From positions 1-64,000 of the forward strand of contig JANRLX010000103.1 of NCBI GenBank assembly GCA_033762115.1: a stretch of 64,000 nucleotides of DNA, read 5' to 3'. Both the position numbers and the translations under genes were made by a program. The notes below the pieces were generated by a model. That model made no database searches. It worked only from the letters and a program-made list of their open reading frames with translations, and was not told the DNA's origin. Shown piece by piece: positions 20,257 to 29,443 of the stretch. Every line of letters begins with the position of its first letter. Within the stretch, counting starts at the first letter, position 1. Source of the stretch: Verrucomicrobiota bacterium (lineage in GTDB: Bacteria; Verrucomicrobiota; Verrucomicrobiia; Limisphaerales; SXQI01).

Positions 20257-21465
20257 TCAGGGGTCCACATAAACCGGCATCCCGGTCCAGACCAGCTTGA
20301 GCAGCAACTCGGCATTCCAATTGGCGAGGCGGAAGCAGCCGTGGCTTTCCGTACGTCCGACCAGCTCCGGTTTCGGCGTGCCGTGAATGCCGTAGCCGGG
20401 TCGGTCCAGGCCGATCCAGGCGACGCCCACGGGATTGTTCGGGCCGGGGGGCAGCAGGAGTTTTCTTCCGATTTTTTTGGCTTCTTCCGATTCGGGAAAA
20501 ATCTCGGGGTTAAACATGTAATTTGGGTTCTCCGCGACCTTCACCACAGTCAATCGTCCGACCGGGCGTTTATCCACTTTTTGGGCGATGCTGCATGGGA
20601 AATGGGCGAGGAGGTTCGAGTTCACCCCGAAGGCCTGCAATGTTTTATTGGCAAGCTGGATTCGGACGAAAGCGGCTTTTTCACGGTAAACAGGGTGAAA
20701 TGTATGGGGAATTTTCAGTCGGGTCCCGACCTGCAGGTTGGTCCATGAAATGGAGGGGTTTAATTGGCGGATGAGGCTTTCGCGTGAGTGGGCTTTTTCG
20801 GCAACGAGTTCGAGGGCGGTTTCAAAATCGAGCCGATCCAGTTCCGATTTGCCGAGCCATGTGTCAGGAATGGAACGCAAACGCTGGAGGTCATTCGAGG
20901 TCACTTCATAAACACGGTAGGGCCATTCGCGAAGTAAGAGGCGGGAGCGGGAAAGGGGGTCGAGGTCGCCGGTCTGGGGCAATCCTTCACGAAGTTGAAA
21001 AGCGCGGATGGCCAGGCGGCTTTGCGAACCGAGCACGCCATCGATGGGGCCGCTGGAAATGCCGACCCTGGCGAGGGCAAGCTGGATTTCAAAGGAGTTG
21101 GCGGGAGGACGCGGCTGGAAACCATTGGCCGGTTCTTCCGGGAGGGGAAAATTGTTGGTGGCAATGGGGAAATTGTTGGTTGGCAGGGGTGCGTTCGTGA
21201 GAATGGAAGGTGCGGCAGGGTTGCTTCGGAGCGATGGTGGAGGGGAGGTGGCAAGCGGCTGGACAAGGGGTGTGGGCTGATGAACGGTTTGGGTTTGCGC
21301 GAGCGGAGCATTGGTCAGGGAGCGGCCAGAGGAGGATTCCTCAAAGCCGGTGGTGCCGGTTTTCCACCAAACCAGGAAAAAAAGTGCGAGAGCAAGCAGC
21401 GCGAACAGCCAGGACCAGGGGAGGCCGCCGTTCCGTTTTCTTGATGTTCCACGCCGTTGAGGCAC
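20257..21465 (-). CDS. L,D-transpeptidase with peptidoglycan-binding domain
   Basis: GPIDG..AIRAFQ PG-binding motif; PPGPNNPVG, YGIHGT, SHGCFRL. Confidence 0.9.
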   Translation of the reverse strand: MPQRRGTSRKRNGGLPWSWLFALLALALFFLVWWKTGTTGFEESSSGRSLTNAPLAQTQTVHQPTPLVQPLATSPPPSLRSNPAAPSILTNAPLPTNNFPIATNNFPLPEEPANGFQPRPPANSFEIQLALARVGISSGPIDGVLGSQSRLAIRAFQLREGLPQTGDLDPLSRSRLLLREWPYRVYEVTSNDLQRLRSIPDTWLGKSELDRLDFETALELVAEKAHSRESLIRQLNPSISWTNLQVGTRLKIPHTFHPVYREKAAFVRIQLANKTLQAFGVNSNLLAHFPCSIAQKVDKRPVGRLTVVKVAENPNYMFNPEIFPESEEAKKIGRKLLLPPGPNNPVGVAWIGLDRPGYGIHGTPKPELVGRTESHGCFRLANWNAELLLKLVWTGMPVYVDP

Positions 21466-21528
21466 GCCTCCAATTAATAGGAAAAAAGCGGGTTAGGAAA
21501 TGTTTTGCTGAACCGGAGGGGGCGCGGT

Positions 21529-22152
21529 TCAGGGAGCCTGCTTTTTTTCGTTGCCGAATTCAAAATTCACTTTTGGCGCGTTTTCAGATCCTTCGGCGGC
21601 GCGGAAGTAAGCCCTGGGCTTGTGGTTGAACAGCCCGGCGATGAGGGAACCGGGCATCATGCGGATGGCGGTGTTGTAATCGCGGACGGTTTCATTGAAA
21701 CGGTTTCGTTCGACGGTGATCCGGTTTTCCGTGCCCTCAAGCTGGGTTTGCAGATTCAGGAAATTCTGGTTGGCGCGAAGTTCCGGGTAACGTTCCACCA
21801 CCACGAGCAATCTGGACAAGGCAGAGCCGAGGCGGTCCTGGGCCTGCTGGAATTGCTGCAACTGTTCTTCGCTGGGGGTTTGATTGGGGTTCAGCTGGAC
21901 TTTGCCGACGGAGGCCCGGGCTTCAACGACTTCAGTGAGGGTGGATTTTTCGAAGTTGGCCGCGCCGGAAACTGTGGAAACGAGGTTGGGGATCAGATCG
22001 GCCCGGCGCTGGTAAACGTTCTGCACCTGTGCCCATTGAGCATCGGCCTTTTCGCCGAGGGCAACGAAACGGTTTGCGACGCCGACGACATAAATCACGG
22101 CAATGACAACGATTGCGACCAGGACCCCGACAGCCAGCAAGACTTTTTTCAT
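21529..22152 (-). CDS. lemA: LemA family protein
   Basis: YQRRADLIPNLV, ERYPELRAN, LEGTENRI. Confidence 0.95.
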   Translation of the reverse strand: MKKVLLAVGVLVAIVVIAVIYVVGVANRFVALGEKADAQWAQVQNVYQRRADLIPNLVSTVSGAANFEKSTLTEVVEARASVGKVQLNPNQTPSEEQLQQFQQAQDRLGSALSRLLVVVERYPELRANQNFLNLQTQLEGTENRITVERNRFNETVRDYNTAIRMMPGSLIAGLFNHKPRAYFRAAEGSENAPKVNFEFGNEKKQAP

Positions 22153-22271
22153 ACCCAGGAGCAGATTGCCATAAAGCCGGGATGATGCAACCCGGTCCGG
22201 AGGGGGTCACCTTTTCTTGCGCCTGGCTGCCCGATTTGAGACCCTTGATTTGTAGCAGGCAGTTACCCTTT

Positions 22272-23042
22272 ATGAATAACCTCGGCGGCAACCGACCAAT
22301 AGGTGTCTTTCAGATCGCCATACTTATATTCTCTATTTTTGGTCTCATAGGTCTGCTGTGTGACACATTCCTCAAGCTCGACCCGGATGTGTCCGCCCTG
22401 CTTCAGTTATTCGATACGATGGTATGCGGCTTGTTTCTCATCGATTTCCTTTTTCAGTTCAAAGCAGCAAAAAACAAGCTTTCATTCCTTAAGACAGGCT
22501 GGATTGATTTAGTGGCCAGTATTCCCAGTATTGATGCGCTGAGGTGGGGGCGTCTGATTCGCGTGATCCAGATTATTCGAGTTCTCCGCGCGGTCAGGGC
22601 TGCGCATAAATTATTAAAAATATTGGCATCACCGAAAGGGGTGGCAGGTTCGCTGGGCATGACTGCCTGTGCTTTGATTTTGTTTAGCAGCCTGACCATT
22701 CTTATTGTGGAGAACGTGGAGGATGCCAACATCAAGACCGCAGAAGATGCAATCTGGTGGAGTTTTACGACGATCACTACTGTGGGGTATGGAGATCGTT
22801 ATCCTGTGACCACAGAAGGAAGAATCATTGCAATGATTTTGATGATGGCGGGAGTGGGGCTTTTTGGAAGTTATACCGCGTTAGTGGCCGCACTTTTCAC
22901 CGGCCATATCGAAGAGCCGGAGGAGCAGGATTTGAAAGAGATTAAAAAGGAATTGGAATTACTCCGAGCTGAGGTGCGCCTGCTTACGGCACATCGCCGT
23001 GACTCGGAAAGTCCCCCGAGAGTGTCGAACCTTGTGGAATGA
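22272..23042 (+). CDS. voltage-gated-type potassium channel / ion transporter
   Basis: TTVGYGD selectivity filter, Arg-rich S4-like segment; ATG at 22272. Confidence 0.9.
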   Translation: MNNLGGNRPIGVFQIAILIFSIFGLIGLLCDTFLKLDPDVSALLQLFDTMVCGLFLIDFLFQFKAAKNKLSFLKTGWIDLVASIPSIDALRWGRLIRVIQIIRVLRAVRAAHKLLKILASPKGVAGSLGMTACALILFSSLTILIVENVEDANIKTAEDAIWWSFTTITTVGYGDRYPVTTEGRIIAMILMMAGVGLFGSYTALVAALFTGHIEEPEEQDLKEIKKELELLRAEVRLLTAHRRDSESPPRVSNLVE

Positions 23043-23065
23043 TTGAGCCAAACGGCCAGGAAAGC

Positions 23066-23096
23066 AAAAACCCCGGCGAAGGTTTCACCGGGGGTT
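23066..23096 (-). terminator. Rho-independent terminator of the PfkB kinase gene
   Basis: minus strand CCCCGGTGAA-ACC-TTCGCCGGGG followed by TTTTT. Confidence 0.75.
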
Positions 23097-23111
23097 GAGT
23101 TAAAATCAGGA

Positions 23112-24191
23112 TCAGCGTTGAACGCGGGCGTTTCCTTTCCAGATGCTCCAGACCTGCTCCTCATCGGCAGGCTGGGCGTAATCGGTCAGCATGGTGGTGG
23201 CCAGAGCGCCGGTTGCCCAGCCGAACTGGATCCATTTTTCAGGTTCCCAGCCTTTGAGAAGGGCGTAAAGCAGCCCGCCCACAAAGCCGTCGCCGCCGCC
23301 GATGCGGTCCAGCACGGTGATATCGCGCGGTTCCACCACATGCCATTCGTTGCCGGAGGCGAGGATGGCGCCCCAGAGGTGGTGATTGGCATCGACCACT
23401 TCACGCAGGGTGGTGGCAAATGTGGTTGCGTGAGGATAGGCTTGCTTCACGCGGCGAATCATTTCCTTGAATCCTTCGATCTCGGCTTTCAAGCCTTTGC
23501 CCCCCGCTTCAGGCCCGTGAACCCCGAGGCAAAGCTGGAAATCCTCCTCGTTGCCGACCAGCACATCTGAAACAGAGGCAATTTCGGCAAAGATCGCGCT
23601 CAATTCCTTTTCACGGCCTTTCCAAAAGGAGGCGCGATAATTGAGGTCGAAGGAAATTCGAGTGCCATGCTTTTTGGCGGCGCGGGCGAGTTCAAGGCAG
23701 AATTGGCCGGTCTCAGGGGAAAGGGCTCCGATCAAACCGGAGAGATGAACGACCTGGACTCCTTCCTTTCCGAAGATGCGGTCGAGGTCGAAGTCCTTGA
23801 CGTTCAGGGTGCGGCCGACCTCCCCGGCGCGGTCATTCCAGACACGGGGCCCGCGGGAGCCAAAACCGCTGTCGGCGATGTTGAACTGGTGACGATATCC
23901 CCAGGGCCCGCCCTGGGAGAGTTCAGGCCCTTCAAAATCCATGTGGCGACTGCGCAGGTTGTCCTTGATCATCTGGGCGATGGGACTGCCCTTGACGAAT
24001 GTGGTGAGCACCTTGACCGGCAGGCCGAGGTAGGAGGCAACGCTGGCGACGTTTGTCTCCGCGCTGGTGACCTGCATCATGAAAGGGCCGCCTGAGTGGA
24101 CTGGCTGGCCATTGGAAGGAGTGATCCGGACACCCATGCTGGTGGGGACGACCAGCGCGTACCGACAGTTCTTTTTCAGTTCAATCGTCAT
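23112..24191 (-). CDS. PfkB family sugar kinase (2-keto-3-deoxygluconate kinase-like)
   Basis: AETNVA, SFDLNYR, GNEED, DRIGGGDGF. Confidence 0.88.
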   Translation of the reverse strand: MTIELKKNCRYALVVPTSMGVRITPSNGQPVHSGGPFMMQVTSAETNVASVASYLGLPVKVLTTFVKGSPIAQMIKDNLRSRHMDFEGPELSQGGPWGYRHQFNIADSGFGSRGPRVWNDRAGEVGRTLNVKDFDLDRIFGKEGVQVVHLSGLIGALSPETGQFCLELARAAKKHGTRISFDLNYRASFWKGREKELSAIFAEIASVSDVLVGNEEDFQLCLGVHGPEAGGKGLKAEIEGFKEMIRRVKQAYPHATTFATTLREVVDANHHLWGAILASGNEWHVVEPRDITVLDRIGGGDGFVGGLLYALLKGWEPEKWIQFGWATGALATTMLTDYAQPADEEQVWSIWKGNARVQR

Positions 24192-24422
24192 TTTTTTTGA
24201 TCGTGGTAGAAAGCCTCAAAGCTCACAAGAGAGAAATGGGCTGAAGGCAAAGCTTGGGGGGTTGGAAAAAGGTGCGTCAGCTTCGGCTATCGTATCGGAG
24301 GTGCAGTTGCTGCCACACGATGTGCTACGAAGTCTCAGGGAAAAGAATGCCATGAGTGAACGGAATGCCTGATTATCGACGCGCCTTCGGAAGGTATTGG
24401 ATATCAAATAACTGTCTGATTA

Positions 24423-25240
24423 CTAAATTGAAACTATGCCCCGGCAATGCGGATATGCAGAGCAACCCCAAAACTCCTGGCCGGCATTCTTGCCGGTCTT
24501 CGCTCGCCGAAGCACCATAGGTTTGCCGCAGGTGGGACACTCCGGTCGGTTGGGTGTTGTGTCCTCCAACGAGGCTGCTGACACCTCGGTTCGTTGAAGA
24601 CGACCATGCGCTTGATACGCTTTGGCCATTTCGGCGAATTGCGCTCCGTCGATCAATTCGAGCGCCTTGCCTTCGGCGAACCGCAGCGCCTCATTGGTGT
24701 AGATTCCGCTGGATACGAAAACTCCGCGATCCACTCCCTCGGATGTCATGACGCCGAAAAACTCTCGGATCGGCTTCACGCCCACTTTGAATACCTTCCA
24801 ACGCTTGCACTGCACCAGCGTGATTTCGCCGGTGCGGCGCAGGCGGAGATCAATCCCACCATCCGCTCCGCCGCCCCCGACGTTCTCAACGAAATATCCA
24901 CGAGTCCGAAATATCGGGCCGACGAGGTTCTCGAATTCCTCCATGACAAGCCGTTCACCCAGTCCAGCGTGATGTTCTGGCGAAGGAAAGCAGCGTGGCG
25001 TTGCCGCTACCGGTAGCCGCCAAAACCTCCGACCAGAATGGCAAGTGCGACGAGGCCGCCGAGCAGGTACCCGAGCTTCTCCAGTCCAGGAGTTTTGAGG
25101 CTGTTATTGAGCCACGAGGAAATTCCGAAGAACGCGATGAGCGCAAGCGGCATGCTGGCCCACGGGGGTACGTAGCGAAACACGAATTCCATGACCTCAA
25201 CGAGGTCTTCGAGAGTGCTGGATCGCCTTCTGCGTGCCAC
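24423..25240 (-). pseudogene. Mrr-type restriction endonuclease with TM N-terminus and topoisomerase-type C4 zinc ribbon; disrupted
   Basis: in-frame TAG at 25007-25009 and a frameshift near 24941; EFE.LV, ADGGIDL, VQCKRW, CPTCG...FWGCS.YP.C motifs. Confidence 0.82.
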
Positions 25241-25400
25241 CCGGTGATCCCACTAAAATAGGCGGCGATCGAATTGCGCCGGTGGCCAAGGGTTTGCCGC
25301 CTGAATTCTGTGCAAGCCGTCGAATCGACGCTCTCCCCTGAGAGCTTACTCCATTCCTTCTTGTCGCCCGAGCAGGTGGCAATACTCTTGTCCGATAATC

Positions 25401-26603
25401 ATGCCGACAAAGACCAGTCGTCTTTATGAATTTCCGCTGGAGGCGTTGCCCAGTCCGTTTCGTTTCGTCGCGCTTCTTCTTCTCGCCCTATCCATCACGG
25501 GCTGCCGGACAGGTCTAACGCCGTTGCCGAACCAGGAGAGCCGGACGTATGCAAGCCTTCTGCACTGGGCGGCGGACAACGGCACGCCCGGCTCTGTTCT
25601 AATCGTTAATACACCGACAACCAACTTCGCGGCGGCAATAGGGATCGCTGATCGTCACACGGGAGTTCCCATGCAGACGAACAATTCGTTTAGAATCGCG
25701 AGCATCGCCAAGTCTTTCGTTGGGATAGCCGCAGCCCAGGCGGTTGCTGAGGGCAAACTCGATCTCGACAAGCCGATCACCCAATACCTTCCGCCCGACA
25801 TCACCGATCATATCACGAACAGCGGGCAGATCACGACCCGGCATCTTCTGAGACATACCAGCGGCGTGTACGATTTTGAACGGAGCATCTCGCATACTCT
25901 GAGGCGTTATCTTACGGATCGGCGCGGGAAATGGACGCCAGAGCGCGATTTAAGATACGCTTACGACAAGGCATCGGATTTCGCGCCTGGAACGGCGTGG
26001 CGCTACTCGACTTCCGGTTACATCCTCGTTGCCATGATTCTGGACAGGATATACGGACGGGATCACTCGCTCGACATTCGCGACCGAATCCTCACGCCTT
26101 TAGGACTGTCGAGCACTTTCTGCGAGCTTACCGAGCCTGGGCGCGGCTCACTCGCTCGCGGTTACGAGAACTGGTGGGGACTCTGGTGGACAGATGTCAC
26201 GGACTGGGCACCGATGACCGGGGCGATGGTCAGTACGGCTCCTGAGCTTGCGAGGTTCATCCGCGCCGTTGTGCGAAATGACGAGTTCCTCGATCCAAAA
26301 ACACGCTCGGTCGTTTGGGGTAATCGCGACAAAGGCGAACTCCGATACGATTTCGGTATCAGTCTTTCGCGGCCCAATGACAACGCCCCATGGTTTTTCG
26401 GGCACACCGGAGCGGCGGCTGGTTACTTGTCGTTCGCATATCACGAACCGGAACACGACATCACGATTGTGTACCTCGCGAACACCAGCCACATGAAGGC
26501 ACGTGGCCTTGGAAGACGGAGGCAGGAGTTCACGGACAAGCTGAGCAGCGCGCTTTTTGATCTGTCGCTCAAATCACGATTCCCTAAGGATCAGAGTCAT
26601 TGA
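25401..26603 (+). CDS. serine hydrolase (beta-lactamase class C / D-Ala-D-Ala carboxypeptidase family), probable lipoprotein
   Basis: FRIASIAK (SxxK), LLRHTSG, YSTSGY, GHTG; ITGC lipobox-like. Confidence 0.88.
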   Translation: MPTKTSRLYEFPLEALPSPFRFVALLLLALSITGCRTGLTPLPNQESRTYASLLHWAADNGTPGSVLIVNTPTTNFAAAIGIADRHTGVPMQTNNSFRIASIAKSFVGIAAAQAVAEGKLDLDKPITQYLPPDITDHITNSGQITTRHLLRHTSGVYDFERSISHTLRRYLTDRRGKWTPERDLRYAYDKASDFAPGTAWRYSTSGYILVAMILDRIYGRDHSLDIRDRILTPLGLSSTFCELTEPGRGSLARGYENWWGLWWTDVTDWAPMTGAMVSTAPELARFIRAVVRNDEFLDPKTRSVVWGNRDKGELRYDFGISLSRPNDNAPWFFGHTGAAAGYLSFAYHEPEHDITIVYLANTSHMKARGLGRRRQEFTDKLSSALFDLSLKSRFPKDQSH

Positions 26604-26722
26604 CGAAATGAAACACTCCACCGGGCCACCCGCCGAGAGAACCCCACGCGCAACATTCGGATCTCCATCACCAAGTCGGGAACGTCAGTTCCCACGATGG
26701 ACGAATCCGAGCGGAAAGCGGC

Positions 26723-28174
26723 TTATTGCGCCATCGGCGGAACATCCATCGTCGCGAGCAGGTCACCGGCACTGTTCGTCCAGACGTGAAACAGTGGAAA
26801 CCACATCCCATTATCCTTCACAATTTGGATGCTGGATTCCACTCGTTTCCCGTCGGCCAAATCGAGAGCGATCTTCATCCTGACGGTCGCCTCGTCTTCC
26901 ACTTTCTGGTCGAGGATGGACAATCCTGTAATCTTCGGTGCGAAGTCCGTCGTGGAAGAAATGAGGTTGGTCATGGATTGATCCAGAGCTTCCGATACTT
27001 CGAGGCCGGGCTGAACCCTCCACCGGACTGCATTTCCGACCAAATCATCCTGACCATATCGTCCGCCCCAGAGGAACGTCTGAAGAGCATCTTCTGGCTT
27101 TTCCAGGCCAACATTTGCCCAGGCTTCCGCTTTAAGAACTTTCGGTGATTGATCGCTGTCGGAACTTTTCGGAACCATTTGGCCGGAGCGGAGCTTTGCC
27201 AATTCCTGGCTTTCCTTTCGCAGCAAACCTACTTCTCCCCGAAGACGGAGCAGTTCCAGGTGATCGGGACGGGACAGGTTGGGCACTGGCTTCGCTCCCA
27301 GAAGCGCCGATAATCGCTCGTTTTCCGCTCGGAGCGTTTCACTGTGGGCGCGGTAGTCGGATAACGCCTGGTTCTCCTGGCGCATGGTGTTGATCTTTTG
27401 ATGTTGAAGAATCAGCGGAGTGCCGGCCCCAGCTATCGCTAACGCGCAGACTGCCGCAATTTTGAGTTTTGTTGTCATAAAGCCAACCACTGCAATTCCA
27501 CCTGCCGCCGTGGTTCCTATGGCCGCTGTAGTGACGGTGGCCGCCAACGCTGGTGGTAGTGCGTGAACCGTATTCGCGGCAAGCAAGACTGCCAGGGCGG
27601 AGGATGAAAGAGTGATGCCTCGCGCCGTTAAATAGCCTCGTAGCTTTTCCAAAGCTCGATTGATGCGCATCCGGGCCGCGTCTTCTGTTAATCCGAGCAA
27701 TTTGGCAACGTTGTTCAGTTCCTCGCCCTGAAAAAACCTTAGAACCAGAGCGTCACGGTCTTTTGCGGAAAGACGGCTCATGGCACCATCGAGTACGGGG
27801 CGAAGACCCGCCCAATCGCAATCTGGTTCCTCGTCAGAATGTGTCTGGTCGGACATGGCAGCAGCCTTCGCTTCGTATTGCCTGCGGCGGCGGTTAGCCC
27901 GGATCGCGCTGGATGCCGCAAACCGAGTACTCGTGTAGAGCCATCCAGGGAGTGCTTCTCCATTTGCCAGGAGCCGGTCTGCTAAGGCCGGTGCCTTCTT
28001 GGCCAAGCCAGTGAAGACATTCTGTGCAATCTCCTGAGCTAAATGTGATTCTCCATTGACCATCCGAAGGGCCGCTGAATACACGAGGGGAAGGTGACGT
28101 TCAACAAGCACCCTAAAGGCGTCTTCAGTCCCGCTCTTAACATAATCCGCAAGCAGTGCAGCGTCATCGGCCAT
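26723..28174 (-). CDS. ECF sigma-70 factor with long C-terminal extension (TM + coiled coil)
   Basis: DAALL..AF..LVERH.PLVYSAALR, LPGWL, DRDALVLRFF, DAARMRINRALEKLR. Confidence 0.88.
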   Translation of the reverse strand: MADDAALLADYVKSGTEDAFRVLVERHLPLVYSAALRMVNGESHLAQEIAQNVFTGLAKKAPALADRLLANGEALPGWLYTSTRFAASSAIRANRRRRQYEAKAAAMSDQTHSDEEPDCDWAGLRPVLDGAMSRLSAKDRDALVLRFFQGEELNNVAKLLGLTEDAARMRINRALEKLRGYLTARGITLSSSALAVLLAANTVHALPPALAATVTTAAIGTTAAGGIAVVGFMTTKLKIAAVCALAIAGAGTPLILQHQKINTMRQENQALSDYRAHSETLRAENERLSALLGAKPVPNLSRPDHLELLRLRGEVGLLRKESQELAKLRSGQMVPKSSDSDQSPKVLKAEAWANVGLEKPEDALQTFLWGGRYGQDDLVGNAVRWRVQPGLEVSEALDQSMTNLISSTTDFAPKITGLSILDQKVEDEATVRMKIALDLADGKRVESSIQIVKDNGMWFPLFHVWTNSAGDLLATMDVPPMAQ

Positions 28175-28247
28175 TTTCAGATCTATAGCAGCCGCTCAGG
28201 CGCAAACCGAACAAGAATTATTTTGCGCCCCACGCGATTGCCTGCTA

Positions 28248-29072
28248 TCAGAGCCTCGGATCAACAGGTTCGCTTTCAAGGGCCAAAACGCCGAAGACGC
28301 ATTCGTGGACGCGGCGGAGTGGTTCGTGGCGGACAAGGCGTTCGAGGGCTTCGATGCCGAGGGCAAACTCGCGCAGGGCGAGTGATCGTTTCGCGCCAAG
28401 TCCCCGTGACCGCAAGCGTTCTAAGTTCTCAGGCGCGGTGTATTCGGGGCCGTAGATGATGCGCAGGTATTCACGGCCCCGGCAATAATGCTTATCGTTG
28501 TCGAGCACGGGCAGGAGCACATAAAGATGAGTGAGCAGATTGCGGAGCGCGATGTTCGCTTCGAGGGTAAGGCGGAAGTATCGACTCTGTCCCCATTCGG
28601 AAAAGTTTTCATCCAGAGGGCGCGGTTCAGCAGTAACTCTGTATCCCAGCGGCTCGAAGAGGCGCTTCAGCAATTCTTCTCCTGCGTGACAGGGCATTGA
28701 CGAGATGACCGTTCTCAGCGGGATCGCCGCATCTACCAATTCCGCTCGATCCTTCGCCTTACCGGCCATCGCACTACTGAAAACATCGCCAAGCGCGACA
28801 CTCAGGAACGAGGACGCGACGTACGGCCGGTCATTCACGTACTGCTCCAGCGAGCGGCCTTCACCTGCCGGGCCACGGCGGTTGCGCACCAACCCCACCG
28901 GATCGACTTCAAGGAGCAGAGCGGCAGTGCAAACTTGCTCGGTGGCTTCCGGGTAAAAGACGTGCGCCCGGCCAAAACTCTGTTCAAAAATGTGAGTTTT
29001 GCCTGGATGTTTCCGTAAAAGATGCCCCAAGTCAGTGGCAGGCTGGTACGTTGTGGAGATCGTCAGCAACAT
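28248..29072 (-). CDS. chimeric Hen1 N-terminal domain / Pnkp C-terminal tail (probable deletion remnant of hen1-pnkp)
   Basis: aa 1-196 MLLTISTT..PATDLG.LL.KHP..YVNDRPY..LYVLLPVLD.DKHY match Hen1-N; aa 197-274 CRGREYLRIIYGPEY..ALESEPVDPRL match the Pnkp C-terminus. Confidence 0.85.
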   Translation of the reverse strand: MLLTISTTYQPATDLGHLLRKHPGKTHIFEQSFGRAHVFYPEATEQVCTAALLLEVDPVGLVRNRRGPAGEGRSLEQYVNDRPYVASSFLSVALGDVFSSAMAGKAKDRAELVDAAIPLRTVISSMPCHAGEELLKRLFEPLGYRVTAEPRPLDENFSEWGQSRYFRLTLEANIALRNLLTHLYVLLPVLDNDKHYCRGREYLRIIYGPEYTAPENLERLRSRGLGAKRSLALREFALGIEALERLVRHEPLRRVHECVFGVLALESEPVDPRL

Positions 29073-29178
29073 CAGCGTGAGGAACGCTATCCGGCAGCTC
29101 CAACTGCGGCAAGGTTAGAAAAATCTCCGGAAGGCTTTGCAAAGAAAGGACAAGGTGAAGCAACCGTTCTGAAAAAGT

Positions 29179-29255
29179 TGGAGCGAGCGAAGGGATTCGA
29201 ACCCTCGACGTTCACCTTGGCAAGGTGATGCTCTACCAGACTGAGCTACGCTCGC
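29179..29255 (-). tRNA. tRNA-Gly (GCC)
   Basis: GCGAGCG acceptor stem, D-arm TAGCTCAGTCTGGTAGAGC, anticodon loop TTGCCAA, T-loop GTTCGAATC, encoded CCA. Confidence 0.97.
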
Positions 29256-29443
29256 AGCCGATTAACCTCGCAACCATAGAGCACTGCCGGTCGATTGCAA
29301 GTGTTGTTTTTCTCTCTCGGTATCGATCTCCACCAGTCCAACCCCGGCCAGCGAGCTGGTTCCGAGACTGACAGGGGTGATGCAGTCAACCATCGTTACG
29401 GTTGGTTTACCGCATGCGGCGGCCAGGTTCGGATATTCAGATC

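Noticed and set aside
24192..24422. att site duplicating the tRNA-Gly 3' end
   Set aside because: No convincing match to TGGAGCGAGCGAAGGGATTCGAA was found by eye, and no integrase is present in the window.
25007..25009. TAG readthrough (pyrrolysine or recoding) in the Mrr gene
   Set aside because: A second independent lesion (frameshift near 24941) points to decay. Other genes in the window use TAG as a normal stop.
29022..29228. 68-aa ORF ending ...ERAKGFEPSTFTLAR
   Set aside because: It is the antisense translation of the tRNA gene.
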